From: Gemmatimonadales bacterium
GTDB lineage: Bacteria; Gemmatimonadota; Gemmatimonadetes; Gemmatimonadales; GWC2-71-9
Reading direction: 5' to 3'
Assembly (NCBI GenBank): GCA_046596135.1
Contig: JBKJMX010000083.1
Coordinates: forward strand, 180-64,179
Length of the DNA stretch: 64,000 bases
Position 1 is the first letter of the stretch, and each line of letters begins with the position of its first letter. The position numbers and the translations under genes are program-made. Below are positions 28,227-37,134 of this stretch, piece by piece. A model generated the notes under the pieces. The model saw nothing but the letters and a program-made list of their open reading frames with translations. It made no database searches and was not told the DNA's origin.

Positions 28227-30989
28227 ATGCGCTGTATCTGTCGGTCCCGCGGGTTGATGCTCGCGCTAGTCACCCTGACGCTCACTGCGCTGCCGCTGGC
28301 GGCGCAGGATCATGCGCAGCACGCCATGAGTCACCAGGGGATGCCGGAGTTGCGGCCGATCCCCGATGGGGCGCTCCACACCGCCGCCGACGTGCAGTTC
28401 ATGCAGGGGATGATCGCGCATCATGGGCAGGCGATACATATGTCTCGCCTCGCCGACGAGCGCGGCAGCGATGCGCGCGTGATCCGGTTTGCGAAGAAGA
28501 TTGACCAATCGCAGATCGCCGAGATCGCATTGATGCAGGGGTGGTTGCACGACCATGGGCAAGTGGCGCCCGATACCGCAGCGTATCACAGCATCATGAT
28601 GAACGGCATGCTGACGCGAGAGGAGCTGGCTGAACTGGCTTCGGTGCGTGGCGCCCCGTTCGACAAGCGATTCCTCGAATTGATGATCAGGCATCACGAG
28701 GGGGCGCTGCAGATGGTGGCCGAGTTGCTGGCCACGCCCGGTGCGGCGCAGGAAGTGGATGTAAGTGTGCTTGCCAACGACATCGATCTGGTGCAGAGCG
28801 CCGAGATCGACCTGATGCGACAGATGCTGGCCCACCAGGGCGGAGAGGCACCTGCCCTGATACCGTTGCCCGCGGTGCTGCACGTGGGGAGCGGCACATT
28901 TTCATTCCGTGATACGGTCGTGGTGACAATCGCTCCTGCGACGCCGCGCATGCGCGAGATCGCGGGGGTGCTGGTGAGCGCACTCGCTGAGTATGGCATC
29001 ACGGCGCGGCTTCGCGAGACACCGGACGGAAGCGGTGGGATCAACCTGGGTATTACCGACTCGCGACCCGGCGATGAATCGTACCGGCTCGTGGTGACGA
29101 CCGCGGGCGTCCGGGTGGATGCTCCCGCGGAAGCTGGCGTGCTCTGGGGAGTGCAGACGTTGCGTCAGTTGATGCACCGGCGGGGCAGCGACTGGCAGGT
29201 TGCAGCGGTCGACATCTCCGATACTCCGCGGTTCGGCTGGCGCGGGACGATGCTCGACGTCGGGCGACATCTCTTTCCGGTCGAATACATCCTCGAACAT
29301 CTCGACTGGATGTCACGCTACAAGCTCAATGTCTTTCACTGGCACCTGACCGAGGACCAGGGGTGGCGGCTCGCGATCGACGCGTTGCCGCGCCTCACCG
29401 CGGTTGGTGGCTGGCGGGTCGAAGCGGACGGATCGCGGTACGGCGGGTGGTACAGCAAGGACGAGGTGCGGCAGGTGGTGGAGCGTGCCCGCGTGCTGGG
29501 GATCACGGTGGTGCCCGAGATCGAGATGCCCGGTCACGCCCGCGCCGCGCTTGCTGCATATCCAGAACTTGGCTGCACAAGTGACACGCTCCCGGTGCCG
29601 AGCACCTGGGGAGTGTTCACTGACGTGCTCTGCCCGGGAAAGGAATCGACGTTCACCTTTCTCGAGACGGTGCTCGGCGAGGTGCTCGAGCTTTTCCCGT
29701 CGCGCTACATCCATATCGGCGGTGACGAGGTCCCGAAGCAGCGATGGGAAGCATGCCCGTCGTGCCAGGAGATCATCCGCCGCGAGGGGCTCGGGGACGA
29801 GCATGGCCTGCAGCGGTGGATGATCGCGCGCATCGGTCGTTGGCTCGACGCCCGCGGTCGGGTGCTCATCGGGTGGGACGAGATCCTCGATGGGGGGCTG
29901 CCTCCCGGTGCCGTGGTGCAGGCGTGGCAAGGGAGCGACCGCATCACCAAGGCGCTCGAGGCGGGCGCCGATGTGATCGCGTCGCCTGCTGAATGGGTGT
30001 ACCTGAATCGACCGGCGAGTGAACTGACCCTCGACCGGGTGGTGCAGTTCGATCCGGGAAGCAGCGCGGTGTCGGCTCGCGGTGGACGAATTCTTGGCGG
30101 TGAGGCACCGCTCTGGACCGAGCATGTCACCTCGCCCGCGAATGCCGAGCTGATGTGGTGGCCCCGACTGCTCGGTTTCGCGGAGACGATGTGGCATGGA
30201 CCGGCGGACCCTGCATCGTTTCGGGCTCGAGTCGAGCCATTGGCGGCGGGGATGCGCGCGGCGGGAGTCGCCGTGGGGCCGGCAGATCATGCGCTCGTGT
30301 CGTTGCGATTCCGCTTCGACAGTTCCAGCAACACGATCCGTGTGACCCATGATGGGGCCACGACCGGACTGCAGCTCCTCCTGGAGTCGGACGAGCACGC
30401 TGCCCGGCCGGTGCATGACGGCGATCCGATGCCGGGCACCGGGGTCTGGCGACTGAGTGCACGCTGGAATGGCGAACAGGTTGGCGAGCAGCGCACCATC
30501 GCCGTCACGGATCACCTCGCAGTCGGCAAGTCGATCCGATTCGCGACGCCAGCTGATCCCAGGTATCCGGGAACCGGGCTGCATACGTTGGTGGATGGCG
30601 CGCGCGGAACGGCATACAACGACGGGTTCTGGAACGGTTGGTTGGGTCCCGACCTCGACGCCGCGATCGACCTGGGTGAGGTGCGGGTGGTGCACACCGT
30701 CGAGCTGTCATTGCTCGAACAGGTGAACACGTGGATTCTCCATCCCGAGACGGTCGAGCTCTATCGTTCCACCGATGGCCGAGATTGGCGGCTCGTCGAT
30801 CGCCGGGTGACCGAACGAACAGTGGTGCCCGATGCGACATCGCGGGAGCTCGTCGCGTTCGAGTTACCCCGATCCATCCGCACTCGTTGGGTGCGCGTGG
30901 TGGCACGTGGTGGTCGGCGCCTCCCAGGCTGGCATTCGGGTGCCGGGGAACTCGCATGGATCTTTGCCGACGAGATCCAGGTGCGCTAG
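28227..30989 (+). CDS. Secreted fusion protein: DUF305 four-helix-bundle domain + GH20 beta-N-acetylhexosaminidase + C-terminal F5/8 type C (discoidin) domain
   Basis: Signal MRCICRSRGLMLALVTLTLTALPLAAQ. DUF305 repeats (FMQGMIAHHGQAI, FLELMIRHHEGAL, SAEIDLM). GH20 core (RGTMLDVGRH, FHWHLTEDQGWR, EIEMPGHA, HIGGDEV). The tail (W..VELY.S.DG..W) is discoidin-like. The start is ambiguous (28179, 28227 or 28257). Confidence 0.82.
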   Translation: MRCICRSRGLMLALVTLTLTALPLAAQDHAQHAMSHQGMPELRPIPDGALHTAADVQFMQGMIAHHGQAIHMSRLADERGSDARVIRFAKKIDQSQIAEIALMQGWLHDHGQVAPDTAAYHSIMMNGMLTREELAELASVRGAPFDKRFLELMIRHHEGALQMVAELLATPGAAQEVDVSVLANDIDLVQSAEIDLMRQMLAHQGGEAPALIPLPAVLHVGSGTFSFRDTVVVTIAPATPRMREIAGVLVSALAEYGITARLRETPDGSGGINLGITDSRPGDESYRLVVTTAGVRVDAPAEAGVLWGVQTLRQLMHRRGSDWQVAAVDISDTPRFGWRGTMLDVGRHLFPVEYILEHLDWMSRYKLNVFHWHLTEDQGWRLAIDALPRLTAVGGWRVEADGSRYGGWYSKDEVRQVVERARVLGITVVPEIEMPGHARAALAAYPELGCTSDTLPVPSTWGVFTDVLCPGKESTFTFLETVLGEVLELFPSRYIHIGGDEVPKQRWEACPSCQEIIRREGLGDEHGLQRWMIARIGRWLDARGRVLIGWDEILDGGLPPGAVVQAWQGSDRITKALEAGADVIASPAEWVYLNRPASELTLDRVVQFDPGSSAVSARGGRILGGEAPLWTEHVTSPANAELMWWPRLLGFAETMWHGPADPASFRARVEPLAAGMRAAGVAVGPADHALVSLRFRFDSSSNTIRVTHDGATTGLQLLLESDEHAARPVHDGDPMPGTGVWRLSARWNGEQVGEQRTIAVTDHLAVGKSIRFATPADPRYPGTGLHTLVDGARGTAYNDGFWNGWLGPDLDAAIDLGEVRVVHTVELSLLEQVNTWILHPETVELYRSTDGRDWRLVDRRVTERTVVPDATSRELVAFELPRSIRTRWVRVVARGGRRLPGWHSGAGELAWIFADEIQVR

Positions 30990-31062
30990 AAGCGTCACTC
31001 GTAACAAATGCCAGGTCGTGGACCTGTCAGCAGGTGTCAACCATCAATGAGGGAGCTCCACG

Positions 31063-32820
31063 ATGATCCGAACGATCCGTCACGTTGCCGCGGTGGCCCT
31101 GGTGTTCATCGCTGCCACAGCGACACTTGGCGCGCAGACCTACCCGAAGGGTGGCGATCCGCGCGACGGGCTCAAGGCCGGGCTCACCGATGCCGGCGTA
31201 GCGGTCGAAGGGATGCGCCTGCTTGGCACCGCGCCGAAGCCGGCGCCCTTCGATTCGGTTCGGGGGCTCACCTTCGTCAATTCCGACATGGCCTTCCGCG
31301 GCAACCTGGTCTACCAGGGGAACTTCTCGGGCTTCTCGATCTGGGATGTGAGCAACGCCGCGAAGCCGAAGCTGGTCTCGGTCGTGCAGTGCGTGACCTC
31401 GCAGGGTGACCCGACGATCGTCGGCAACTTGCTCTTCGTGTCGGCCGAGGGTGGCGGCAACCGGAACGATTGTGCCAAGGGCGGCGTGAAGGATCCCGCT
31501 GATCACATGGCCGGCGTGCGGATCTACGACGTATCGAATCCGAAGAAGCCACTGCTGGTGAAGAATGTGCAGACCTGCAAAGGCTCGCACACCCACACGC
31601 TGATTCCGCATCCGACCGACAAGGGCATCGTGTACATCTATGTGTCGGGAAGCCAGGGCGCGCGCGCGGAGATGGCGGGATGTGTTGCCGGGACTGACCC
31701 TGCGGATGAAGCGAACTCGATGTACCGCCTCGACGTGATCATGGTGCCGCTGGCGCATCCTGAGCAGGCGGCGGTGGTGACGGGTGCGCGGATCTTTACC
31801 GGATTGGCTGCTGCACCGCGGCGCGGTGGTGGTGCGGCTCGGGCGGGCGCCGGTGGCGGCCCCCGCAACTGTCACGATGTCAGCGCATATCCGGCGATGG
31901 GGCTTCTGGCGGGGGCGTGCGGCAGCTACGGATTGCTGGTGGACATCTCGAATCCTGAAAAGCCGGTGCGCCTCGATGCGGTGGCCGACACCAACTTCTC
32001 GCTATGGCACACGGCGGTATTCAGCAACGACGGCACCAAGCTCCTCTTTACCGACGAGTGGGGTGGTGGGACGCAGCCGATGTGCCAGGCAACGTCGATG
32101 CTGGAGATGGGCGGCAATACGGTGCTCACGATTGGTGCCGACAGGAAGATGACACAGCACGCGTACTTCAAGCTGCCCACCGGCCAGAGTGCGCAGGAGA
32201 ACTGTGTCTCGCACAACGGGTCGCTGGTGCCGATTCCCGGTCGTGACATCGTGGTGCAGGGGTGGTACCAGGGTGGCGTCAACGTGATCGACTTCACCGA
32301 TCCGGCGAAGCCGTTCGAGATCGCGTTCTTCGATCGCGGGCCGATCGATGCACCGCCGGCTGCAGGAGACACCACGCGCGGTCGCGGGACGATCGGTGGA
32401 TCGTGGGGAGCATACTGGTACAACGGCAAGGTCTATTCGTCGGAGATGGCGCGCGGGCTCGACATCCTCGAGATGGTGCCCACCGCACACCTGTCGGCGA
32501 ACGAGCTGGCCGCGGCAAAGCTGGTGATGATGGACGAGTTCAATCCGCAGAGTCAGCCGCATGTCACGTGGCCGGCGGCGTTCCCGGTAGTGCGGAGCTA
32601 TCTCGACCAGTTGGTGCGGGGCAATGGTCTCTCGGCAGCGCGCACCACCGCGATCGACCAGGCACTCACCGCAGCCGAAAAGCAGAGAGGGCGGGCACGG
32701 GCGCGGGCGTTGAATGCACTCGCGAGGCAGGTTGACGGTGACGTGAGCGGGGCAGCCGACGGCGCCCGGGTCAAGGCGATGGCTGGGGAGATTCGGCGGT
32801 TGGCGGGAGTGAAAGGTTGA
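31063..32820 (+). CDS. Secreted LVIVD-repeat-like beta-propeller protein, function unknown
   Basis: Signal MIRTIRHVAAVALVFIAATATLGAQ. Repeated segments of the type Y.GNFSGFSIWDVSNP..P..V resemble LVIVD repeats. Confidence 0.65.
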   Translation: MIRTIRHVAAVALVFIAATATLGAQTYPKGGDPRDGLKAGLTDAGVAVEGMRLLGTAPKPAPFDSVRGLTFVNSDMAFRGNLVYQGNFSGFSIWDVSNAAKPKLVSVVQCVTSQGDPTIVGNLLFVSAEGGGNRNDCAKGGVKDPADHMAGVRIYDVSNPKKPLLVKNVQTCKGSHTHTLIPHPTDKGIVYIYVSGSQGARAEMAGCVAGTDPADEANSMYRLDVIMVPLAHPEQAAVVTGARIFTGLAAAPRRGGGAARAGAGGGPRNCHDVSAYPAMGLLAGACGSYGLLVDISNPEKPVRLDAVADTNFSLWHTAVFSNDGTKLLFTDEWGGGTQPMCQATSMLEMGGNTVLTIGADRKMTQHAYFKLPTGQSAQENCVSHNGSLVPIPGRDIVVQGWYQGGVNVIDFTDPAKPFEIAFFDRGPIDAPPAAGDTTRGRGTIGGSWGAYWYNGKVYSSEMARGLDILEMVPTAHLSANELAAAKLVMMDEFNPQSQPHVTWPAAFPVVRSYLDQLVRGNGLSAARTTAIDQALTAAEKQRGRARARALNALARQVDGDVSGAADGARVKAMAGEIRRLAGVKG

Positions 32821-32942
32821 AAGGTTGAAAGGTTGAAGGGTTGAGGGGTTGAAAGGTTGAAGGGTTGAAAGGTTGAAAGGTTGAAAGGTTGAGGGGTTGA
32901 GGGGTTGAAGGGTTGAAGGGTTGAAGGGTTGAAGGGTTGAGG
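32815..32942. repeat. Octanucleotide microsatellite, 16 contiguous units of GGTTGARR
   Basis: Counted directly. GGTTG recurs at an exact 8-nt period from 32815 to 32942. The first unit includes the stop codon of the upstream gene (32818-32820). The tract ends 3 nt before the stop of the convergent DinB gene. Confidence 0.95.
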
Positions 32943-32945
32943 CGC

Positions 32946-33461
32946 TTACTGGGGCGGGGGTTCGGCGTCGCCGCTCGGACCGTAGATGTCCGGCACCTTG
33001 GCCCCGAGGCCACGTAGGTAGGCGGAGAGCTGACCGCGGTGGTGGACACTGTGGTTGTTCGCGAATCCGATCCAGGCGGCCCGTGACATCTTCATCATTC
33101 CGAAGAAGTCGACTTCCTCGGCCAACTGTTCCGAACTCAATGCCCGCAATCGGCGGATCACGCCGGGGATCTGCGCCTCGTAGAACGCCACGATGTCGCT
33201 GACCGTCGCGAACTGTGCCTCGGCCTGCTTTGCCGTCTCGGGGTCGAATTCGAACACGCCGCGCTCAGTGGACTCGAGGAACCAGAGGTCAGCGGTGGCG
33301 AGATGGACTGCGAGGTCCCACGCCGAGCGAGACTTGGGGTCGGGCCGGTAGTCTCGAGTTTCGTCTCGAAGTGCAGAGAGCACTCGTAGGGTCGCAGGCA
33401 GTTCGCTCTTCCAGAGCGCCGTCATCGCTTCAGCCACCGCCTTGGTTGCCTCGTGAGTCAT
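32946..33461 (-). CDS. DinB-family (YfiT-like) putative metal-dependent protein
   Basis: 171 aa four-helix-bundle pattern with conserved His positions (AVHLATADLWF, NHSVHHRGQLSAYLR). Confidence 0.82.
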   Translation of the reverse strand: MTHEATKAVAEAMTALWKSELPATLRVLSALRDETRDYRPDPKSRSAWDLAVHLATADLWFLESTERGVFEFDPETAKQAEAQFATVSDIVAFYEAQIPGVIRRLRALSSEQLAEEVDFFGMMKMSRAAWIGFANNHSVHHRGQLSAYLRGLGAKVPDIYGPSGDAEPPPQ

Positions 33462-33638
33462 GTCGCCTCGCTATTCGAAAGAGAATGGGAATGCCGGATC
33501 GATCGGTCCTGCTCACAGGCCCGTTGGGCCACGGTGGCTCACCAGGCTGTATGATAACTTGAGAATCGGTCATCGATCAGCGGAGCATTCGTGGGCCGGC
33601 GTCGCTTGCCTGGAATTACGCCACAGGAGGAACGCTCA

Positions 33639-33941
33639 ATGCTTGGTGGACGATCATGGGACGACTGGATCGCGTCGTATGCAACGAGTCATCAGCATCC
33701 CGTCAATCGATTCTGTCATACCGTCGGGATTCCGCTGATCGCGCTGTCGCTCCCGCTGGCGGGAGTGGCGCTCTTCGTCGGTGGTTTCTGGCCGGTACCG
33801 CTCGCGATGTTCGTGACGGGGTGGGTTTTCCAGTTTATCGGCCACGCCTATGAAGGGAAGCCACCGGAGTTCTTCCATGACTGGCGATTCCTGTTCGTCG
33901 GGTTGCGTTGGTGGCTGGCCAAGATGCGGGGCAAGGCGTGA
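33639..33941 (+). CDS. DUF962 (Mpo1-like) membrane protein
   Basis: HQHPVNRFCHTVGIP ... GWVFQFIGHAYEGKPPEFF motifs. AGGAGG RBS before the ATG at 33639. Confidence 0.78.
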   Translation: MLGGRSWDDWIASYATSHQHPVNRFCHTVGIPLIALSLPLAGVALFVGGFWPVPLAMFVTGWVFQFIGHAYEGKPPEFFHDWRFLFVGLRWWLAKMRGKA

Positions 33942-34044
33942 GGTTGCTCGCCGCCAGTTCGGCGTGCTGTCGCTAGTCGTCGATTCGATCACCACGGAAT
34001 GGATCGTCGTAGTCCACCAGGCCTGTGGTTCGGGGGGCAGTGCG

Positions 34045-34431
34045 ATGCGTGAGCGCAATCGAGGCGTCGTCGCGCTGCTGGTCGTTCTTTCGGTCGGCCT
34101 CGGGCTCGCATCGCGGCGATATCCTGGAAACCTGCCGCCGTTCGTTGCTGACTACGCGGGCGACACCCTCTGGGCCGCCACCGTATTCTGGTGTATCGCG
34201 CTCGTCCGCCGGCGGCTGGGCACCGGCGTGGTGGCGCTATCCACGCTGATGTTCGCGTTTTTGGTCGAGTTCAGCCAACTGTATCGCGCGCCATGGATTG
34301 ACGCCGTTCGCGGCACGCCAGCCGGAGCGCTCGCGCTCGGAAGCGGCTTCCTCTGGAGTGATCTGGTGTGCCATGTCGCTGGGGTCGCCGTTGCCGCGGC
34401 CGTCGATGTGTTGCTGGTGCGGAGGACCTGA
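34045..34431 (+). CDS. DUF2809 domain-containing membrane protein
   Basis: Motif YAGDTLWAATVFW...EFSQLY and about 4 TM helices. Start at the ATG at 34045. Confidence 0.68.
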   Translation: MRERNRGVVALLVVLSVGLGLASRRYPGNLPPFVADYAGDTLWAATVFWCIALVRRRLGTGVVALSTLMFAFLVEFSQLYRAPWIDAVRGTPAGALALGSGFLWSDLVCHVAGVAVAAAVDVLLVRRT

Positions 34432-34490
34432 GGCCGTGACATGGCCGCGCCGACCACAACTACGGCGCTGCCGTCACCGCTACGCCAGAT

Positions 34491-35831
34491 TCACCGCGCC
34501 GAGCTGCGCACGTACGATGTCATTGCGTCGACCAACCGGTTCAGCTCAGTCGGGGTGTTGTAGACATTCGGACTGATCCGCAGGCCAGCTACCTCTGGTG
34601 CGCGAGCGTTGTCGACCATTGCCTGTGTCAGGATGTTGTGACGGGTGCGCAGGTGGTTTTGAAGGGCACTGGGATCAACACCCGGTAGTTGCATCGTGGT
34701 CAGGCTCACTCTCATGGCGGGGTCCGCCAGAGTAAGGAAGCGCGCATCGGGCATCGATTGGGTGACGCGCGTCCTGAGATGAGCCGCGAGGTAACGCAGA
34801 CGCGCAGCTTTCCGCGCCGCGCCCAGGGATCGATGCAGCGCCAGTGCGGGGAGCGCCGCGGGCTCGATGTATGCGGGGGCCGTACCGATCCATTCGAACC
34901 GCCCCATTCCCGTTGCACTCGGCCCGGGCGGCACCAGCGGCCACACCTTGCCCACATGGGCGGGGCGCATCCAGAGCACACCGGTTCCCACCGGTGTGCC
35001 GAGCCATTTGTGGGTGCTGGCGCCGTAGTAGTCACAGCCGAGCGAAGGGACCGCAGCATCGAGCAGCCCCAGCGACTGCGCGCCGTCGACCACCACTTCG
35101 GCACCCACGCTATGCGCGGCCTCAGCGATGCGCTCGACCGGGAGCAGTTGGCCCGTGAGGTTGCTCGGATGGGTGAGCAGGACAAGCTTCGTCCGCGGGC
35201 TCATCGCTACCGCGTACGCCTCGACCAGCGCATCAAGGGAAGGCGCCGGAGCAGGCACACTGATCATTCGCAGCACCACGCCATCGCGGTCCCGTCGTTG
35301 TTCCAGCGCATCGAGCATCGCGTAGTAATCGTGGGTGGAGCACACCACTTCGTCACCCGCCTCCATCGGCAGGCCAAGAAGAACGGTATCGAGTGCTTCG
35401 GTGGCGTTGCGTACCAACGCGATCTCGGATCCGGGTACGCCCATGATCTCCGCGATGGCCGCGCGGAATGTTGTGGTGGTGACCTCCTCCCACATCCGCT
35501 GCAAATGCTCCGCAGGCAGCGCTTCAAGATCCTTCATGCCGCTGATCAGCTTGTCGATCGATGCTCGTGGCGTCGGATTGGTCCACCCGTTGTCGAGGTT
35601 GAGAACCGTCGGGTGTGAGAGATAGCCGCTGCGGACGCGCGCCCAGAACGGCTCGTCGTCCGCCAGCACATCCGCGGGCACCGCGCCATACCGCTCGGCC
35701 AGTTCACTCGACAACAAGGTGGAGAGTGGAACCTTTCCATTCGCGACCACGCTCGCTGAGGCCTTGGAGCCGGTTGCTAGCGCCGCAATGGCGCCCGCAC
35801 TCCCGATGGCGAATTCCCTTCGGTTGATCAT
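34491..35831 (-). CDS. Aminotransferase class V-fold PLP-dependent enzyme with a twin-arginine signal
   Basis: Tat motif MINRREFAIGSAGAIAALATGSKASA and PLP-lysine motif GASTHKWLGTPVGTGVLW. The length and pattern resemble isopenicillin-N-epimerase/SufS-like folds. Confidence 0.82.
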   Translation of the reverse strand: MINRREFAIGSAGAIAALATGSKASASVVANGKVPLSTLLSSELAERYGAVPADVLADDEPFWARVRSGYLSHPTVLNLDNGWTNPTPRASIDKLISGMKDLEALPAEHLQRMWEEVTTTTFRAAIAEIMGVPGSEIALVRNATEALDTVLLGLPMEAGDEVVCSTHDYYAMLDALEQRRDRDGVVLRMISVPAPAPSLDALVEAYAVAMSPRTKLVLLTHPSNLTGQLLPVERIAEAAHSVGAEVVVDGAQSLGLLDAAVPSLGCDYYGASTHKWLGTPVGTGVLWMRPAHVGKVWPLVPPGPSATGMGRFEWIGTAPAYIEPAALPALALHRSLGAARKAARLRYLAAHLRTRVTQSMPDARFLTLADPAMRVSLTTMQLPGVDPSALQNHLRTRHNILTQAMVDNARAPEVAGLRISPNVYNTPTELNRLVDAMTSYVRSSAR

Positions 35832-35999
35832 TGGTCATCCCCAGGTTGCAGACTGGAATGCAGGACAATAATGATGTAGCCACCCATTCAAGGGAAACGG
35901 AGCCCCTATCGTGCATCCGATCCGCAGCTCATGCGTCACAAGGGGAGACGTCCTCCCCTCCGTCACGACCGACCCTGAGGGGCACGCAGGGAATGCCAG

Positions 36000-36524
36000 A
36001 TGACCACCACGAATACCAAGCTCGATGAGCTGTACGAGCTGATCGATGACATCGAGATTGCGATGCTCACCACCCGCCGCACTGATGGTCAACTGGTGTC
36101 GCGACCGATGGCCACCCAGAAGCGCAACGCCATTGCCGATGTCTGGTTCGTCACCAGCATCGAGACGCACAAGATCGACGAACTGGAGTTCGAGCCCAAC
36201 GTCAACCTGTCCTACCTCGACGGTGGCTCGATGGAGTGGGTCTCAGTCAGCGGTAAGGCGACTATCAGCCAGGACCGCGCCCTGATCCGCAGCCTCTATC
36301 AGCCCGACTGGAAGGCGTGGTTCGGCGACGAGGGCGGCGCCAAGGATGGCGGACCCGACGATCCACGACTCGCCCTCATCCTTATCGAGGCCAGCTCGGC
36401 CCACTACATGAAGGCCAAACACTCTAAGCCGCGGGTGCTGTTCGAACTGGTGCGAGGAAGGGTCACCGGCGAAAAGCCTGACGTCGGGCGCGAGGAACAA
36501 CTGTCGGGGTCGGAGATCAAATAG
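36000..36524 (+). CDS. Pyridoxamine 5'-phosphate oxidase family protein (general stress protein 26-like)
   Basis: Pattern IAMLTT...GQLVSRPM...WFVTS...NVNLSY is typical of the GSP26/PNPOx-like family. Confidence 0.82.
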   Translation: MTTTNTKLDELYELIDDIEIAMLTTRRTDGQLVSRPMATQKRNAIADVWFVTSIETHKIDELEFEPNVNLSYLDGGSMEWVSVSGKATISQDRALIRSLYQPDWKAWFGDEGGAKDGGPDDPRLALILIEASSAHYMKAKHSKPRVLFELVRGRVTGEKPDVGREEQLSGSEIK

Positions 36525-36624
36525 GCCCTACCAACGTTTCACCCGTGGCGCACTCACAGGATCGGAAGTAGCGTTGGTGGCGCCGCACAGGCGTGCGGGC
36601 GGGTTCCCACGGGCGGAGGCAGTA

Positions 36625-37029
36625 ATGGCAAAAGTCACCGGTATCGGCGGCGTGTTCTTCAAGAGCACCGGCGATGGCAAGGCGTTGGCGAAGTGGTATC
36701 AGGAGCACCTGGGCATGCCGGCGGAAGACTGGGGGGGCGCGATTCTCAAGTGGCCCGATGACAAGGCGAACGACGGTGGACTCACCGTCTGGAGCCTCGC
36801 CGGCAAGGACAGCAAGTGGTTCAGTCCGAGTGAATCCTCGTTCATGATCAACTATCGAGTCGATAATCTCGACGAGATGCTTGCGCAACTGCGAGCGGGC
36901 GGCGTTGAGGTCGTCAAGGGGCCGGAATCAGCCGAAAACGGCAAGTTCGCGTGGATCATGGACCCCGAGGGCAACAAGGTCGAACTCTGGGAGCCGATGG
37001 CCTGGGACGACAAGAACAAGGACGCGTAG
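36625..37029 (+). CDS. VOC (glyoxalase/bleomycin-resistance) family protein
   Basis: GIGGVFFKS...WY...LG ... KFAWIMDPEGNKVELWEP is the classic VOC C-terminal motif. GGAGG RBS before the ATG at 36625. Confidence 0.85.
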   Translation: MAKVTGIGGVFFKSTGDGKALAKWYQEHLGMPAEDWGGAILKWPDDKANDGGLTVWSLAGKDSKWFSPSESSFMINYRVDNLDEMLAQLRAGGVEVVKGPESAENGKFAWIMDPEGNKVELWEPMAWDDKNKDA

Positions 37030-37134
37030 GTCTCTGCAGCTCCCCCCGGTTGATGGCATACCGCATTGAAACCGGCCCCCTCAAGCGTCACCCAGTCCGC
37101 GATCGTGGCTGGTTCCAATCATTCAGGAGTCCAT

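Noticed and set aside
35831-36000. The GGGGAG-ACGTC-CTCCCC hairpin (about 35941-35957) in the divergent spacer as a riboswitch or sRNA.
   Set aside because: It is a single short stem with no recognisable riboswitch consensus. I cannot tell it apart from a chance palindrome in GC-rich DNA.
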